From an uncultured Chthoniobacteraceae bacterium (GTDB lineage Bacteria; Verrucomicrobiota; Verrucomicrobiia; Chthoniobacterales; CAKUMP01), in assembly GCA_965365475.1 (NCBI GenBank), contig CBDUBV010000002.1, positions 51 through 64,050 of the forward strand: a DNA stretch of 64,000 nucleotides, read 5' to 3'. Under the pieces are notes generated by a model. The model did not search any database. It worked only from the letters and a program-made list of their open reading frames with translations, and was not told the DNA's origin. Below are positions 27,323 through 36,493 of this stretch, one piece after another; position 1 is the first letter of the stretch, and every line of letters starts with the position of its first letter. The position numbers were made by a program, and so were the translations under genes.

Positions 27323-28584
27323 TTTTTTACAATCGCGAGGATGGCCAGGTCGTCCGAGGGGTCTGTGTCGCGACGATGCGCAGTCTCGGCTTCCACCAGT
27401 GCTTCGACGATGGCCGTGGCGGAATGAGGTGCGCGCGCGATGGTCGAGTGAATACGCTCAGTTCCGAAAAGCTCGCGATCCGGCGAGAAGGATTCACATA
27501 GGCCGTCGCTAAAAAACACGGCAGCTTCGTCCTGATGCAAGATAATGCGGTTGGTGGGATAGACGACATCCGGGAGCACTCCCAGGGGGAGAGCGGATTC
27601 GCAGGGCAGTTTGATAGAGCACTCCGCGCGTGCAAGCACAGGCGGGTGATGCCCCGCGCTGGCATACTCCATCTCGCCTGTGAGCGGGTTGAAGCGACCG
27701 ATGATGGCGGTGACAAACATCCGTCGCAACTCGCGTTCGGCCATGGCCTGGTTCAAGCGCCGCAAAGCTTCGGAGGAAGTAAGGCCAGGCGCGAGGGCCA
27801 ATCGCAGCAGGCTGAGGGTCTGAGCCATGACCAATGCTGCGGGCACACCCTTGCCGGACACATCGCCCAGCACGAAAAATACATCTGTCGGCGAGAGGGC
27901 GATGATGTCGTAGAAATCGCCGCCGATATTCCGGGCGGGTCGATAGAAGGCTGCGTATTCCGCACCGGGATGCGCAGGCATTTTGTCAGGTAAAAAACTG
28001 AGTTGCAGCTCTGCCGCCAGCTCGAGGTCAGCGGCCAGGCGTTGTTGCTGGAGTTGCTGCTTCTCTGCACGCAGCTTGATCATCGCGGTCACAACCAGGC
28101 TGGAAAACGCTTGAAATATCTCCAGATCGGTCTCGTCGAATCCGCGTTTGTCCACGGCATTTAACACTTGCAGCACGCCGATTTTCTCCCGATCGCGCAT
28201 GAGCGGCACGCACAGAATCGAGCGCGTGGTGAAGCCGCTTTTTTGGTCCACTTCGCGATAGAACCGCGGGTCGGAATACGCATCGGGTATCAGGACGGGC
28301 TGCTCATGCTCGAGGGTCCAACCTGCGATGCCTGTTCCACGCGGGATGACGACATGCGCGTGATCGATCTCTCCATCGGGTCCGCGTGCAATGACCAACT
28401 CCAGATCGCCGGTGGATGCATTATGCAGAAACAAGGAGCTGGCTTCGGCATGCGCGACTTTGCGAGCGACCTCCAGCACGCGGGTCAGCAGCACATCATA
28501 TTCCGTGATGCTATTGATGAGATGACTGATCTCGACGAGCCCCCGATAGGCTTGCAACAAGCGTTGGAGATTCCCAGTGTCCAT
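27319..28584 (-). CDS. GAF domain-containing PP2C/SpoIIE-family phosphatase (RsbU-like)
   Basis: The N-terminal GAF region reads ...ASSLFLHN..GDLELVIARG...GIAGW.... The C-terminal SpoIIE region has GGDFYD, VLGDVSGKGVPAAL, and SDGL...DDLAIL. ATG 28584 chosen. Confidence 0.85.
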   Translation of the reverse strand: MDTGNLQRLLQAYRGLVEISHLINSITEYDVLLTRVLEVARKVAHAEASSLFLHNASTGDLELVIARGPDGEIDHAHVVIPRGTGIAGWTLEHEQPVLIPDAYSDPRFYREVDQKSGFTTRSILCVPLMRDREKIGVLQVLNAVDKRGFDETDLEIFQAFSSLVVTAMIKLRAEKQQLQQQRLAADLELAAELQLSFLPDKMPAHPGAEYAAFYRPARNIGGDFYDIIALSPTDVFFVLGDVSGKGVPAALVMAQTLSLLRLALAPGLTSSEALRRLNQAMAERELRRMFVTAIIGRFNPLTGEMEYASAGHHPPVLARAECSIKLPCESALPLGVLPDVVYPTNRIILHQDEAAVFFSDGLCESFSPDRELFGTERIHSTIARAPHSATAIVEALVEAETAHRRDTDPSDDLAILAIVKK

Positions 28585-28591
28585 GCCGGGA

Positions 28592-29350
28592 TTACTTTGG
28601 CACAATGACCAGCGCATTGCGAACGCGAGCTATCTCTCGCAGATGCAAGGGAGCCTTCGCACGGCGCACCCAGAATCCGGTGGAGGAACCGCCATCGAGG
28701 TTGAGAGCGCGTTGCACGCGAATGCCTGGAATGATGCCATCCGTTGCCAGGATGTCGCCAAGTTCAGCCAGGGTCGCACTGAAACACACACCGATTGCCC
28801 ATTGATTCTTTCCATCGGTGAGAATGAAGGATCGCCGCGCGCGACGCACATTATTCAATCCCTGGACAACTTTGCCGCGGTCCACGAGGAATGGCCCCGC
28901 TTGCACAGCTTCGAGCGTGCGTGGGCCAAGTTTAAATTCGTTCGGGCGCAGCAGATATGCGCGTTCGGCATTTGCTGCAAATACGCCCGTGAGCAGATTG
29001 GCGCGTTCCTGTGGGTGTAGGACGCGACCGCCGCTGACCACCAGCCCAACGGGCGCATTATCCGCGTGGAAATACCCTGCATTGATTGCCGCCACGCCGC
29101 CAAGACGCCGAGCCGCGTCCGCCACATCGGCAGGACCCGTTTTGTCAAAATCCACCACCCGGATGTGGTGGGAGTCCGCATGGAATCTCGCCGCATGCAA
29201 TGTGACGCGGAAACCATCCCGGGTAAGAACCCGGCGATGGAGCTGCATGCCTTTGTGGATATCGCCGGATTGGCTTTCTGCCACTTTCCATGAGGCACTG
29301 GCGGTGTGCCCCGCGATGGCTAGGAGCAGGAGGCACGCGAGACATTTCAT
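28592..29350 (-). CDS. phosphodiester glycosidase family protein (DUF2233/NAGPA-like), secreted
   Basis: Signal peptide MKCLACLLLLAIAGHTASA, plus AINAGYF, GLVVSGGRVLHP, and NLDGGSSTG motifs. The ATG overlaps the lspA stop (ATGA). Confidence 0.7.
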   Translation of the reverse strand: MKCLACLLLLAIAGHTASASWKVAESQSGDIHKGMQLHRRVLTRDGFRVTLHAARFHADSHHIRVVDFDKTGPADVADAARRLGGVAAINAGYFHADNAPVGLVVSGGRVLHPQERANLLTGVFAANAERAYLLRPNEFKLGPRTLEAVQAGPFLVDRGKVVQGLNNVRRARRSFILTDGKNQWAIGVCFSATLAELGDILATDGIIPGIRVQRALNLDGGSSTGFWVRRAKAPLHLREIARVRNALVIVPK

Positions 29351-29826
29351 GATGGAGTATTGTCTGCCACGGGGCCAGGCGCGGGAGTTTTCCAGCCTGC
29401 GATGAAGAACAATGCTGCTGCTGTGCAGATGCACATGTCGGCGACGTTGAATGCCGGCCAGTGCCAGTCTCCGCGATAGAAGTCCAGGAAATCGATGACG
29501 TGACCATGGATGAGGCGATCGGTCACGTTGCCCAGAATGCCTGTGCCCAACAGCGCAGCGGCCCAATGGTTCATGCGGCCTGGAAGTTTATTTTTCCAAC
29601 CCATCCACATGAGAAATGCACCCACGGAAAGCGACAGCACGATGAAGAAAAGATTATTTCCGCTGCCCATGCCGAACGCCGCGCCCGTGTTGCGCACATG
29701 CACGAGGTTAAAAAGCCCCGGCACCACTGGGATGGAGTGCAAATAGTCCATGTTGAGCACCACCAGCCACTTGGTGATTTGATCCAGCAGATACAGCGGG
29801 AGAATGACCAGGAGAGCGAACTTCAT
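29347..29826 (-). CDS. lspA: lipoprotein signal peptidase II
   Basis: DQITKWLV, NTGAAFG, GNVTDRL, and FNVADMCI motifs. The ATG overlaps the ileS stop (ATGA). The track ORF is over-extended to 30045. Confidence 0.9.
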   Translation of the reverse strand: MKFALLVILPLYLLDQITKWLVVLNMDYLHSIPVVPGLFNLVHVRNTGAAFGMGSGNNLFFIVLSLSVGAFLMWMGWKNKLPGRMNHWAAALLGTGILGNVTDRLIHGHVIDFLDFYRGDWHWPAFNVADMCICTAAALFFIAGWKTPAPGPVADNTPS

Positions 29827-32552
29827 GGCGTGTTGGTAGCTAAGGAAATGACCACATCGACACAGCGGTCGCAGAGTTCCGGGTGCTCGCTGTGGGTGCC
29901 TACAGAAACTCGATGGCGCCAGCAACGATCGCAGCGCGCGGCTTCCGTGCGGGCAAGTTGCGCACCCGCTGCGGAAGCGGATTCCACTTTCAAATTGCTG
30001 AGGATAAAAAATTCCTCCACTTCCTGTTGGTGCGACTCGAGCCACGACCGCAGTGCATCGTCGGGGACGGTAAGAATCACGTCGGCTTCCAGTGCGTTGC
30101 CGATGCTCTTCTGCTGGCGAGCTTTCTCGACTGCGCTGGTGATCTCTGAACGCAGATGCATGAGCTGATCGAACCGCGCGAGAGTCTCTTCATCCTCCCA
30201 TTCCGATGGTGCTTTGGGGAATTGCTCCAGATGCACGGATGCTGGTTGCCCAAGATGCTGCCAGGCTTCCTCCGCTGTGAAAGAAAGAATCGGAGCAGTC
30301 AGCGGCAGCAAAGCTTCCAACACATGACGCATGGCGGTCTGGGCAGCTCGGCGTCGCGGCGAGTCCGGTGCATCGCAATACATGCGATCCTTGGTGATGT
30401 CCACGTAGAGGCTGCTCAGGTCCACAGCGCAGAAGTGGTTGATCGCGTGATGAACCTTGTGGAACTCATACGCTTCGTAAGCATCTGTGCAAGCGCGAAT
30501 GAGCCCGTGCGTGCGCGCCAGTATCCAGCGGTCCACAAACGTCAGCGATTCCCTGGTCACGCTGTGCAAAGAGGGATCGAAGTCGCCGAGATTCGCTAGA
30601 AGAATCCGGAAGGTGTTGCGGATGCGGCGGTAGGTATCTGCCAGTCGCGTAAACATTTCCTCAGAGAACGGAACTTCATCTGTGTAGTTCACACTGCTTA
30701 CCCACAGGCGCAGGATGTCCGCGCCATATTTATTGACGAAATGTTCCGCATCCATCGGCTTCTCGTAGGAGCTGGACTTGGAAATTTTCCTGCCATCTTT
30801 GTCCACCACGAAACCATGCGTGATGACAGTCTTGTAAGGTGCGACGCCATGCAGAGCGATCGAAGTCATGAGCGAGGACTGAAACCAGCCGCGATGCTGG
30901 TCGGTGGCTTCGATATAGACATCCGCTGGGAACTGCAGATCGGGATGTTGTTTTACTACTGCTTGGTGAGACACCCCGGAGTCGATCCACACATCGAGCG
31001 TGTCGGTGCGTCGGGAGGTGCCGGGAGGCAAGCCAAGCTGCTCGGCCCACCAGGCATCATCTTTCTCGAACCACAGGTTCGTGCCATGTTCTTCCACCAT
31101 CGCCGCGACTTTGCGAGCGATCCCTGCGTCCAGCCGTGGCACTCCATCGCCATCGTAAAATACCGGCACCGGAACACCCCAGGTGCGCTGCCGCGAGATG
31201 CACCAATCCGGGCGGGATTCCACCGTGCCATGGATTCGATTGCGCCCCCAGTGGGGAAGCCAGCGGACTTGATCGATCGCAGACAAAGCGTCGTCGCGCA
31301 GTGCATCGATGCGGATGAAAAGCTGTTCGACCGCGCGGAACACCACGGGCGTCTTCGAACGCCAGCAATGCGGATACGAATGTGTGTAGGGCTCTTCATT
31401 AAACAGAGCACCACGCGAGCGCAGAAGATCGACGACCGAGGCATTTGCATCGAATACATAACGTCCGGTCCATTCCGGCATGCCGTTGTCGGCAGTGAAA
31501 CACCCACGGTCATCAACAGGGGAGAGCAACGGGAGACCGTTCGCCATACCGGCAGTGTAGTCGTCCGCACCGTGCCCAGGGGCGATGTGCACCTGGCCAG
31601 TGCCTGTATCCATGGTTACAAACTCGGCATTGATAACCCGGCTCGTGCGGTCGAGAAACGGATGTCGGGCTTCAGTTCCAACCAGCTCGCTGCCCAGATA
31701 CGTGGCCGTGACCCGCTGCACTTCGAGCCCTGTCTGTTGGGAAAAAGCACCCTGCAAAGCTGCAGCGATAAGCACTTGATCCGTGACTCCATCGTGTTGC
31801 ACTTCGCAGAGATGGTATGTCTGTCTCGGATGCAAGGCGATGCCCGTATTGGCCGGCAAGGTCCAGGGCGTAGTCGTCCATATGACGAAAGAGCCCGTGT
31901 TGGAAAAAGGCCCGGAGACCGCCGGGAATTTCACCATGATCGCGGGATCGCAGCGATCTGCATATTCGACTTCCGCCTCGGCAAGTGCCGTCTGCGCACC
32001 CGTGCTCCACAGAACAGGCTTGCGACTTTGATACACCAATCCTTTTTCCAAAAATGTGGCAAACGCGCGTAGAATGGCAGCTTCGTATTGCGGCGTCAGC
32101 GTCAGATATGGGTTTTCCCAATCGGCCAGAACTCCAAGGCGTTTAAATTGCCGACGCTGGATGTCGATAAATTTCCGCGCATAAGCTTCCGAGCGTGTGC
32201 GCACCTGGACAGGATGCAGGTCGGCGGATTCTTTTACTACTTTGAATTCGATGGGTAGCCCGTGGCAATCCCAGCCGGGAATAAAAGGCGCGCGGAAACC
32301 AGACATAGTGCGGCTTTTCACGATGATGTCTTTTAACACCTTATTGAGAGCTGTGCCCATATGAACATCCCCGTTGGCGAATGGCGGGCCATCGTGCATG
32401 ATGAAGGCCGGGCAATCGCGGCGGGCTGTTTGGATGCGATGATACAGGCCTTCCGACTCCCAGCGCGCTAGCATCCCGGGCTCGCGCCGCACCAAATCCG
32501 CCTTCATGGGGAATTCGGTTTTGGGCAGGTTCAGCGTATCTTTGTAGTTCAT
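29823..32552 (-). CDS. ileS: isoleucyl-tRNA synthetase
   Basis: MNYKDTLNLPKTEFPM start, PFANGDVHMGT (HIGH-type), KISKS (KMSKS-type), and a C-terminal CDRCW...CDRC zinc motif. ATG 32552 chosen; the track ORF is over-extended to 32756. Confidence 0.95.
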   Translation of the reverse strand: MNYKDTLNLPKTEFPMKADLVRREPGMLARWESEGLYHRIQTARRDCPAFIMHDGPPFANGDVHMGTALNKVLKDIIVKSRTMSGFRAPFIPGWDCHGLPIEFKVVKESADLHPVQVRTRSEAYARKFIDIQRRQFKRLGVLADWENPYLTLTPQYEAAILRAFATFLEKGLVYQSRKPVLWSTGAQTALAEAEVEYADRCDPAIMVKFPAVSGPFSNTGSFVIWTTTPWTLPANTGIALHPRQTYHLCEVQHDGVTDQVLIAAALQGAFSQQTGLEVQRVTATYLGSELVGTEARHPFLDRTSRVINAEFVTMDTGTGQVHIAPGHGADDYTAGMANGLPLLSPVDDRGCFTADNGMPEWTGRYVFDANASVVDLLRSRGALFNEEPYTHSYPHCWRSKTPVVFRAVEQLFIRIDALRDDALSAIDQVRWLPHWGRNRIHGTVESRPDWCISRQRTWGVPVPVFYDGDGVPRLDAGIARKVAAMVEEHGTNLWFEKDDAWWAEQLGLPPGTSRRTDTLDVWIDSGVSHQAVVKQHPDLQFPADVYIEATDQHRGWFQSSLMTSIALHGVAPYKTVITHGFVVDKDGRKISKSSSYEKPMDAEHFVNKYGADILRLWVSSVNYTDEVPFSEEMFTRLADTYRRIRNTFRILLANLGDFDPSLHSVTRESLTFVDRWILARTHGLIRACTDAYEAYEFHKVHHAINHFCAVDLSSLYVDITKDRMYCDAPDSPRRRAAQTAMRHVLEALLPLTAPILSFTAEEAWQHLGQPASVHLEQFPKAPSEWEDEETLARFDQLMHLRSEITSAVEKARQQKSIGNALEADVILTVPDDALRSWLESHQQEVEEFFILSNLKVESASAAGAQLARTEAARCDRCWRHRVSVGTHSEHPELCDRCVDVVISLATNTP

Positions 32553-32872
32553 ATAAGGGCGGGAAATGTAGAGGCCGAGGGTGGGGGCGTCAATGGGAAC
32601 AAGCGCTTCGGGAGGGCTATCGCAGCGTAGAAGCCTGACGAGTATGCGCAGATTTTTCAGTAGCGCGTCCGGATCGACAAGCCAGAGCCCGGCTCGCAGG
32701 GGCGGGGAGAAATGCACAAAAAGCGCGCGGGCTGTCAGTCCGCCATTTTCCTGCATGAAAGTTTCCGGACTAACACTATTTGCTACCGGAGCAGTGCGGG
32801 GATAGGCGAGGTGTGTTTTTTCTTGTGCTGTGCGGGTTCGCGATATAGGATTCCGCTCCTTTTTTCGAAATT

Positions 32873-33103
32873 ATGAAACCAAACATCCATCCTGACTATT
32901 CCGAGGCGGTCATTGCTTGCGCTTGCGGTGCTGTCTATAAAACCCGCTCGACCCGCCGTGAAATCAAGATCGGTATCTGTTCTGCGTGCCATCCATTTTT
33001 TACAGGTGAACAAAAGTTCGTCGATACAGCTGGGCGAGTGGAGAAATTCTCCCGACGCTACGGCACGACCAGGGTGTCGCGTGCTTCCAAAGCGAACGCT
33101 TAG
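32873..33103 (+). CDS. rpmE: 50S ribosomal protein L31
   Basis: MKPNIHPDY...CACG...CSACHPFFTG. Confidence 0.95.
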   Translation: MKPNIHPDYSEAVIACACGAVYKTRSTRREIKIGICSACHPFFTGEQKFVDTAGRVEKFSRRYGTTRVSRASKANA

Positions 33104-33201
33104 ATTTTTTCCATTCACTAAGCGGTGACCTGTGGCCGCCTCTCTGCCAAATGGGCAGCTCGGAGGAACCACTGCTGGGTCACCGCTTTTTGTTTGCTTG
33201 T

Positions 33202-34293
33202 ATGGACGTCGCACCCCTCATCGCGCGCAAAGAAGACCGCTTCCGTGAACTGGAAGCGGAGATCGCTTCTTCGGCTCTCTTTGATCATCCGCGCAAAGCC
33301 CGCGCGGTGATGCAGGAGCATGCTCGCACCCGGGAGCTTCTCGAGTTGTGGACTTTGGCAGAAAAAAAACGCGCCGATCTTGAAGGCAATCGCGATTTGT
33401 TGCGCGGCGGTGATGAGGAAATGGCGACACTGGCCCGCGAAGAAATCCCAACTCTGGAAGCGGAGATCGCGAAGATGGATCGTGAGCTGCTCTTGCTTCT
33501 CCTGCCTCCGGATGAAAATGAAAACCGGGATGCGATCATGGAGATTCGCGCTGGCGCGGGCGGCAATGAAGCTGCTCTATTTGCAGCAGACCTTTATCGC
33601 ATGTATTGCCGGTTCGCGGACTCGTGCGGTCTGCGCACGGAACAACTCGAAGCCAGCGCGGCGGAACTGGGGGGATTTCGCGAGGTCATTTTTAAAGTAA
33701 GCGGACAGGGAGTCTTTCGCAGACTGAGATTTGAAAGCGGAGTGCACCGGGTGCAGCGAGTGCCCGCGACGGAAGCACAGGGTCGCATTCACACATCCAC
33801 CGCCACGGTTGCGGTGCTCCCGGAGGCAGAGGAGGTGGACTTGGAATTGAAGAGTGAAGACATCCGAGTGGAAGTGTGTCGCGCGGGCGGGCCTGGCGGG
33901 CAGGGGGTGAACACGACCGACTCGGCAGTTCAGGTCATGCATATCCCTACGGGCATGATCGTGCGCTGTCAGGACGGGCGCAGTCAGCAGAAGAACAAGG
34001 AAAAGGCGTTGAACATCCTGCGGTCCCGCCTGCTTGAAATCAAGCAGCGCGAAGAAGCAGAGAAATATGCCGCTGAGCGCAAAAGCCAGGTGGGCACGGG
34101 TGAACGCAATGAGCGGATACGGACATATAATTTTCCACAGAACCGGATCACGGATCATCGCATCGAGCTGACGCTCTATAATCTGGATCGGTTTATCGAG
34201 GGAGATTTGATGGAGGTGATCAGTGCACTGCAAGCAGCGGAACTGGAGCGAAAGCTCGAAGCGGCGCGGGCGGCCGTGCTGCAGCCTTATTGA
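33202..34293 (+). CDS. prfA: peptide chain release factor 1
   Basis: PATEAQGRIHTS (PxT tripeptide of RF1) and GPGGQGVNTTDSAV (GGQ). ATG 33202 chosen. Confidence 0.95.
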   Translation: MDVAPLIARKEDRFRELEAEIASSALFDHPRKARAVMQEHARTRELLELWTLAEKKRADLEGNRDLLRGGDEEMATLAREEIPTLEAEIAKMDRELLLLLLPPDENENRDAIMEIRAGAGGNEAALFAADLYRMYCRFADSCGLRTEQLEASAAELGGFREVIFKVSGQGVFRRLRFESGVHRVQRVPATEAQGRIHTSTATVAVLPEAEEVDLELKSEDIRVEVCRAGGPGGQGVNTTDSAVQVMHIPTGMIVRCQDGRSQQKNKEKALNILRSRLLEIKQREEAEKYAAERKSQVGTGERNERIRTYNFPQNRITDHRIELTLYNLDRFIEGDLMEVISALQAAELERKLEAARAAVLQPY

Positions 34294-35132
34294 TGATGAA
34301 AAGCGTGCTGGATGTCATTCAGGCCACCAAGGGGTATCTTGAGAAGCACGCGATAAGCAACGCACGATTGAACGCCGAGCATCTGCTGGCGCATGTACTG
34401 GAGTGCAGACGCATGGAGCTGTATCTCATGTTCGACAGGGTGCTGGTGGATGCTGAGTTGGACTCGATGCGTGAGTTGGTGCGGAAGCGTGGGAGTGGAG
34501 TGCCGTTGCAGCATCTGCTTGGAACCGTGGAGTTCCACGGCGCGGAATACTTTTGCGATGGCAGAGCATTGATTCCACGGCCCGAGACGGAGGAGCTGGT
34601 GGCATGGCTGGTGCGGAGTGCGTCGGCTGCTCCGAGGTCCATCGTGGATGTGGGCACTGGAAGTGGCGTTATCGCGTGCAGTCTGGCGAGGGCTTTCCCC
34701 GAAGCTGGAGTGCTGGGCGTGGACGTCTCGCCTGACGCGCTGGCATTGGCAGAGAAAAATCGCGATCACCATGCATTGCAGGATCGGGTGATGCTTCAGC
34801 AGAGTGATTTATTATCGCAAATCGTAGGGCCGTTTGAATGGGCAATTGCGAATCTGCCATACATTGAAACGGACACCATCCCACAGCTTGCCCGCGAGGT
34901 TCGGCACGATCCCGTGCTGGCACTGGATGGCGGCGCGGATGGGCTCGATCTTATCCGACGTCTGGTCCCGGAAGCCGCGCAAAAGTTGCAACCCGGTGGC
35001 ATGCTCGCGCTGGAGATTGGTATGGGGCAGGATGTTGCGGTTATCCAGCTTATGAAAGATGCCGGATTCCACCGCGTGGAATCGGTTCGAGATTTGCAGA
35101 ATGTCTCACGTTTTATACTAGGTTATCTATGA
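34290..35132 (+). CDS. prmC: release factor glutamine N5-methyltransferase
   Basis: VDVGTGSGVIA SAM-binding motif and ANLPYI (NPPY-type). It overlaps the prfA stop and the murA start by 4 nt each. Confidence 0.9.
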   Translation: MMMKSVLDVIQATKGYLEKHAISNARLNAEHLLAHVLECRRMELYLMFDRVLVDAELDSMRELVRKRGSGVPLQHLLGTVEFHGAEYFCDGRALIPRPETEELVAWLVRSASAAPRSIVDVGTGSGVIACSLARAFPEAGVLGVDVSPDALALAEKNRDHHALQDRVMLQQSDLLSQIVGPFEWAIANLPYIETDTIPQLAREVRHDPVLALDGGADGLDLIRRLVPEAAQKLQPGGMLALEIGMGQDVAVIQLMKDAGFHRVESVRDLQNVSRFILGYL

Positions 35133-36388
35133 ACAAAATACTCGTCCATGGCGGTTCCCGCCTCTCAGGCAACATCCGCATCAGCGGCTCCAAGAACTCC
35201 GCACTTCCGATCCTGGCTGCATGCCTGCTGACCAAGGAGGAATGCGTGATCAGCCGTGTGCCGGACTTGAGCGACGTGCACTACATGTTGCAAATTCTGT
35301 CCAGCCTGGGTGCCAGCGTGGAGAGGGCCAGCGGCACCGTGACCATCCGGGCGGAGAATATTGCGACTGAAGCTCCCTACGAGATCGTGCGTAAAATGCG
35401 CGCCTCGGTCTGCGTGCTGGGCCCGCTGCTCGGGCGGATGAATGAGGCCACGGTTTCCCTCCCGGGTGGATGCGTGATTGGTGATCGCCCCATCGACCTG
35501 CATTTGCGTGGGTTCGAGGCACTGGGCGCGGCGGTAAAAGTGCATTCCGGCAATGTGAAAGTTCTGGCTCCGGAACTGCGCGGGTGCAGTGTGTCGTTGC
35601 GCGGGCCGCACGGCACGACAGTGCTTGGAACGGACAACGTGATGATGGCCGCTGTGCTGGCCGAGGGTGTGACCGTCATCGAAGGCGCGGCGACAGAGCC
35701 TGAGGTGGTGGACTTGGCAGATTTTCTCAACAAGATGGGCGCGAAGATCGAAGGCGCAGGCACGAACCGCATTGTGATCGAAGGCGTGAAAGATCTGGGC
35801 GGTGCATCGCACGAAGTGATCGCGGACCGTATCGAGGCGGGCACATTTCTTATTGCTGGTGCTATCTGCGGCGACGATCTCACGCTGCAGCGTGCTGTGC
35901 CTGAGCATCTGCAGGTGCTTATTGATCTCTTGAAAAGAAGTGGGTTTCCGGTCGAGGTCGAGGGCTCGAGCGTGCGCATCAGATCGTGTGAGCACCCGCA
36001 GCCTGTGGATTTCACCACCGAACCCTATCCGGGCTTTCCCACGGACATGCAGGCACAGATGTGTGCTCTGCTGAGCTGTGTGAAGGGCACGAGCCGGGTC
36101 ACGGAGAAGGTGTTTCCGCAGCGGTTCATGCACGTGTCGGAATTGAAGCGCATGGGAGCGGACATCCATCTGGACGGATCGACCGCATGCATCCAAGGCG
36201 TGGACATGCTGAGCGGTGCGCCCGTGATGGCCAGCGATTTGCGAGCTTCGGCTGCATTGGTGCTCGCGGCGTTGCGGGCGGATGGCGTGACGGAAGTAAA
36301 CCGCGTGTATCACATCGACCGTGGTTACGAGCAGATCGATGACAAGCTGGTGGGGGTGGGAGCACACATCGAGCGGGTCAAAGCATAG
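35129..36388 (+). CDS. murA: UDP-N-acetylglucosamine 1-carboxyvinyltransferase
   Basis: GSKNSALPILAA, CVIGDRPIDLH, and the overall EPSP/MurA fold pattern. Confidence 0.95.
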   Translation: MNKILVHGGSRLSGNIRISGSKNSALPILAACLLTKEECVISRVPDLSDVHYMLQILSSLGASVERASGTVTIRAENIATEAPYEIVRKMRASVCVLGPLLGRMNEATVSLPGGCVIGDRPIDLHLRGFEALGAAVKVHSGNVKVLAPELRGCSVSLRGPHGTTVLGTDNVMMAAVLAEGVTVIEGAATEPEVVDLADFLNKMGAKIEGAGTNRIVIEGVKDLGGASHEVIADRIEAGTFLIAGAICGDDLTLQRAVPEHLQVLIDLLKRSGFPVEVEGSSVRIRSCEHPQPVDFTTEPYPGFPTDMQAQMCALLSCVKGTSRVTEKVFPQRFMHVSELKRMGADIHLDGSTACIQGVDMLSGAPVMASDLRASAALVLAALRADGVTEVNRVYHIDRGYEQIDDKLVGVGAHIERVKA

Positions 36389-36493
36389 TTGAACAACGGC
36401 GCACCCGGCGAGAATTGGTAGCGCACAGAAACCACTTGACCGCATTAGTCGTTCCGCGATTATCTCCGGCTTTCAGCTTTTTCCACGCACGCG

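Noticed and set aside
30741-32072. 443-aa plus-strand ORF antisense to ileS
   Set aside because: Shadow ORF opposite a strongly conserved aminoacyl-tRNA synthetase gene. No motifs seen.
32553-32872. 320-nt leader of ileS as a T-box or attenuator
   Set aside because: No T-box conserved sequence (AGGGTGGNACCGCG-like), specifier-loop architecture or convincing terminator hairpin is visible on the minus strand. The region also has to house the divergent rpmE promoter.
35165-36445. 426-aa minus-strand ORF covering the whole of murA
   Set aside because: Its frame mirrors murA codons. The product is His/Arg/Ala-rich with no family resemblance. murA itself is unambiguous.
36400-36460. tRNA-like D-arm string (GAATTGGTAGCGCAC) in the murA-GT2 intergenic region
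   Set aside because: No acceptor stem, anticodon stem or GGTTCGAATCC-type T-arm can be formed, so it is not a tRNA. The region more likely holds a promoter (TTGACC ... GATTAT).
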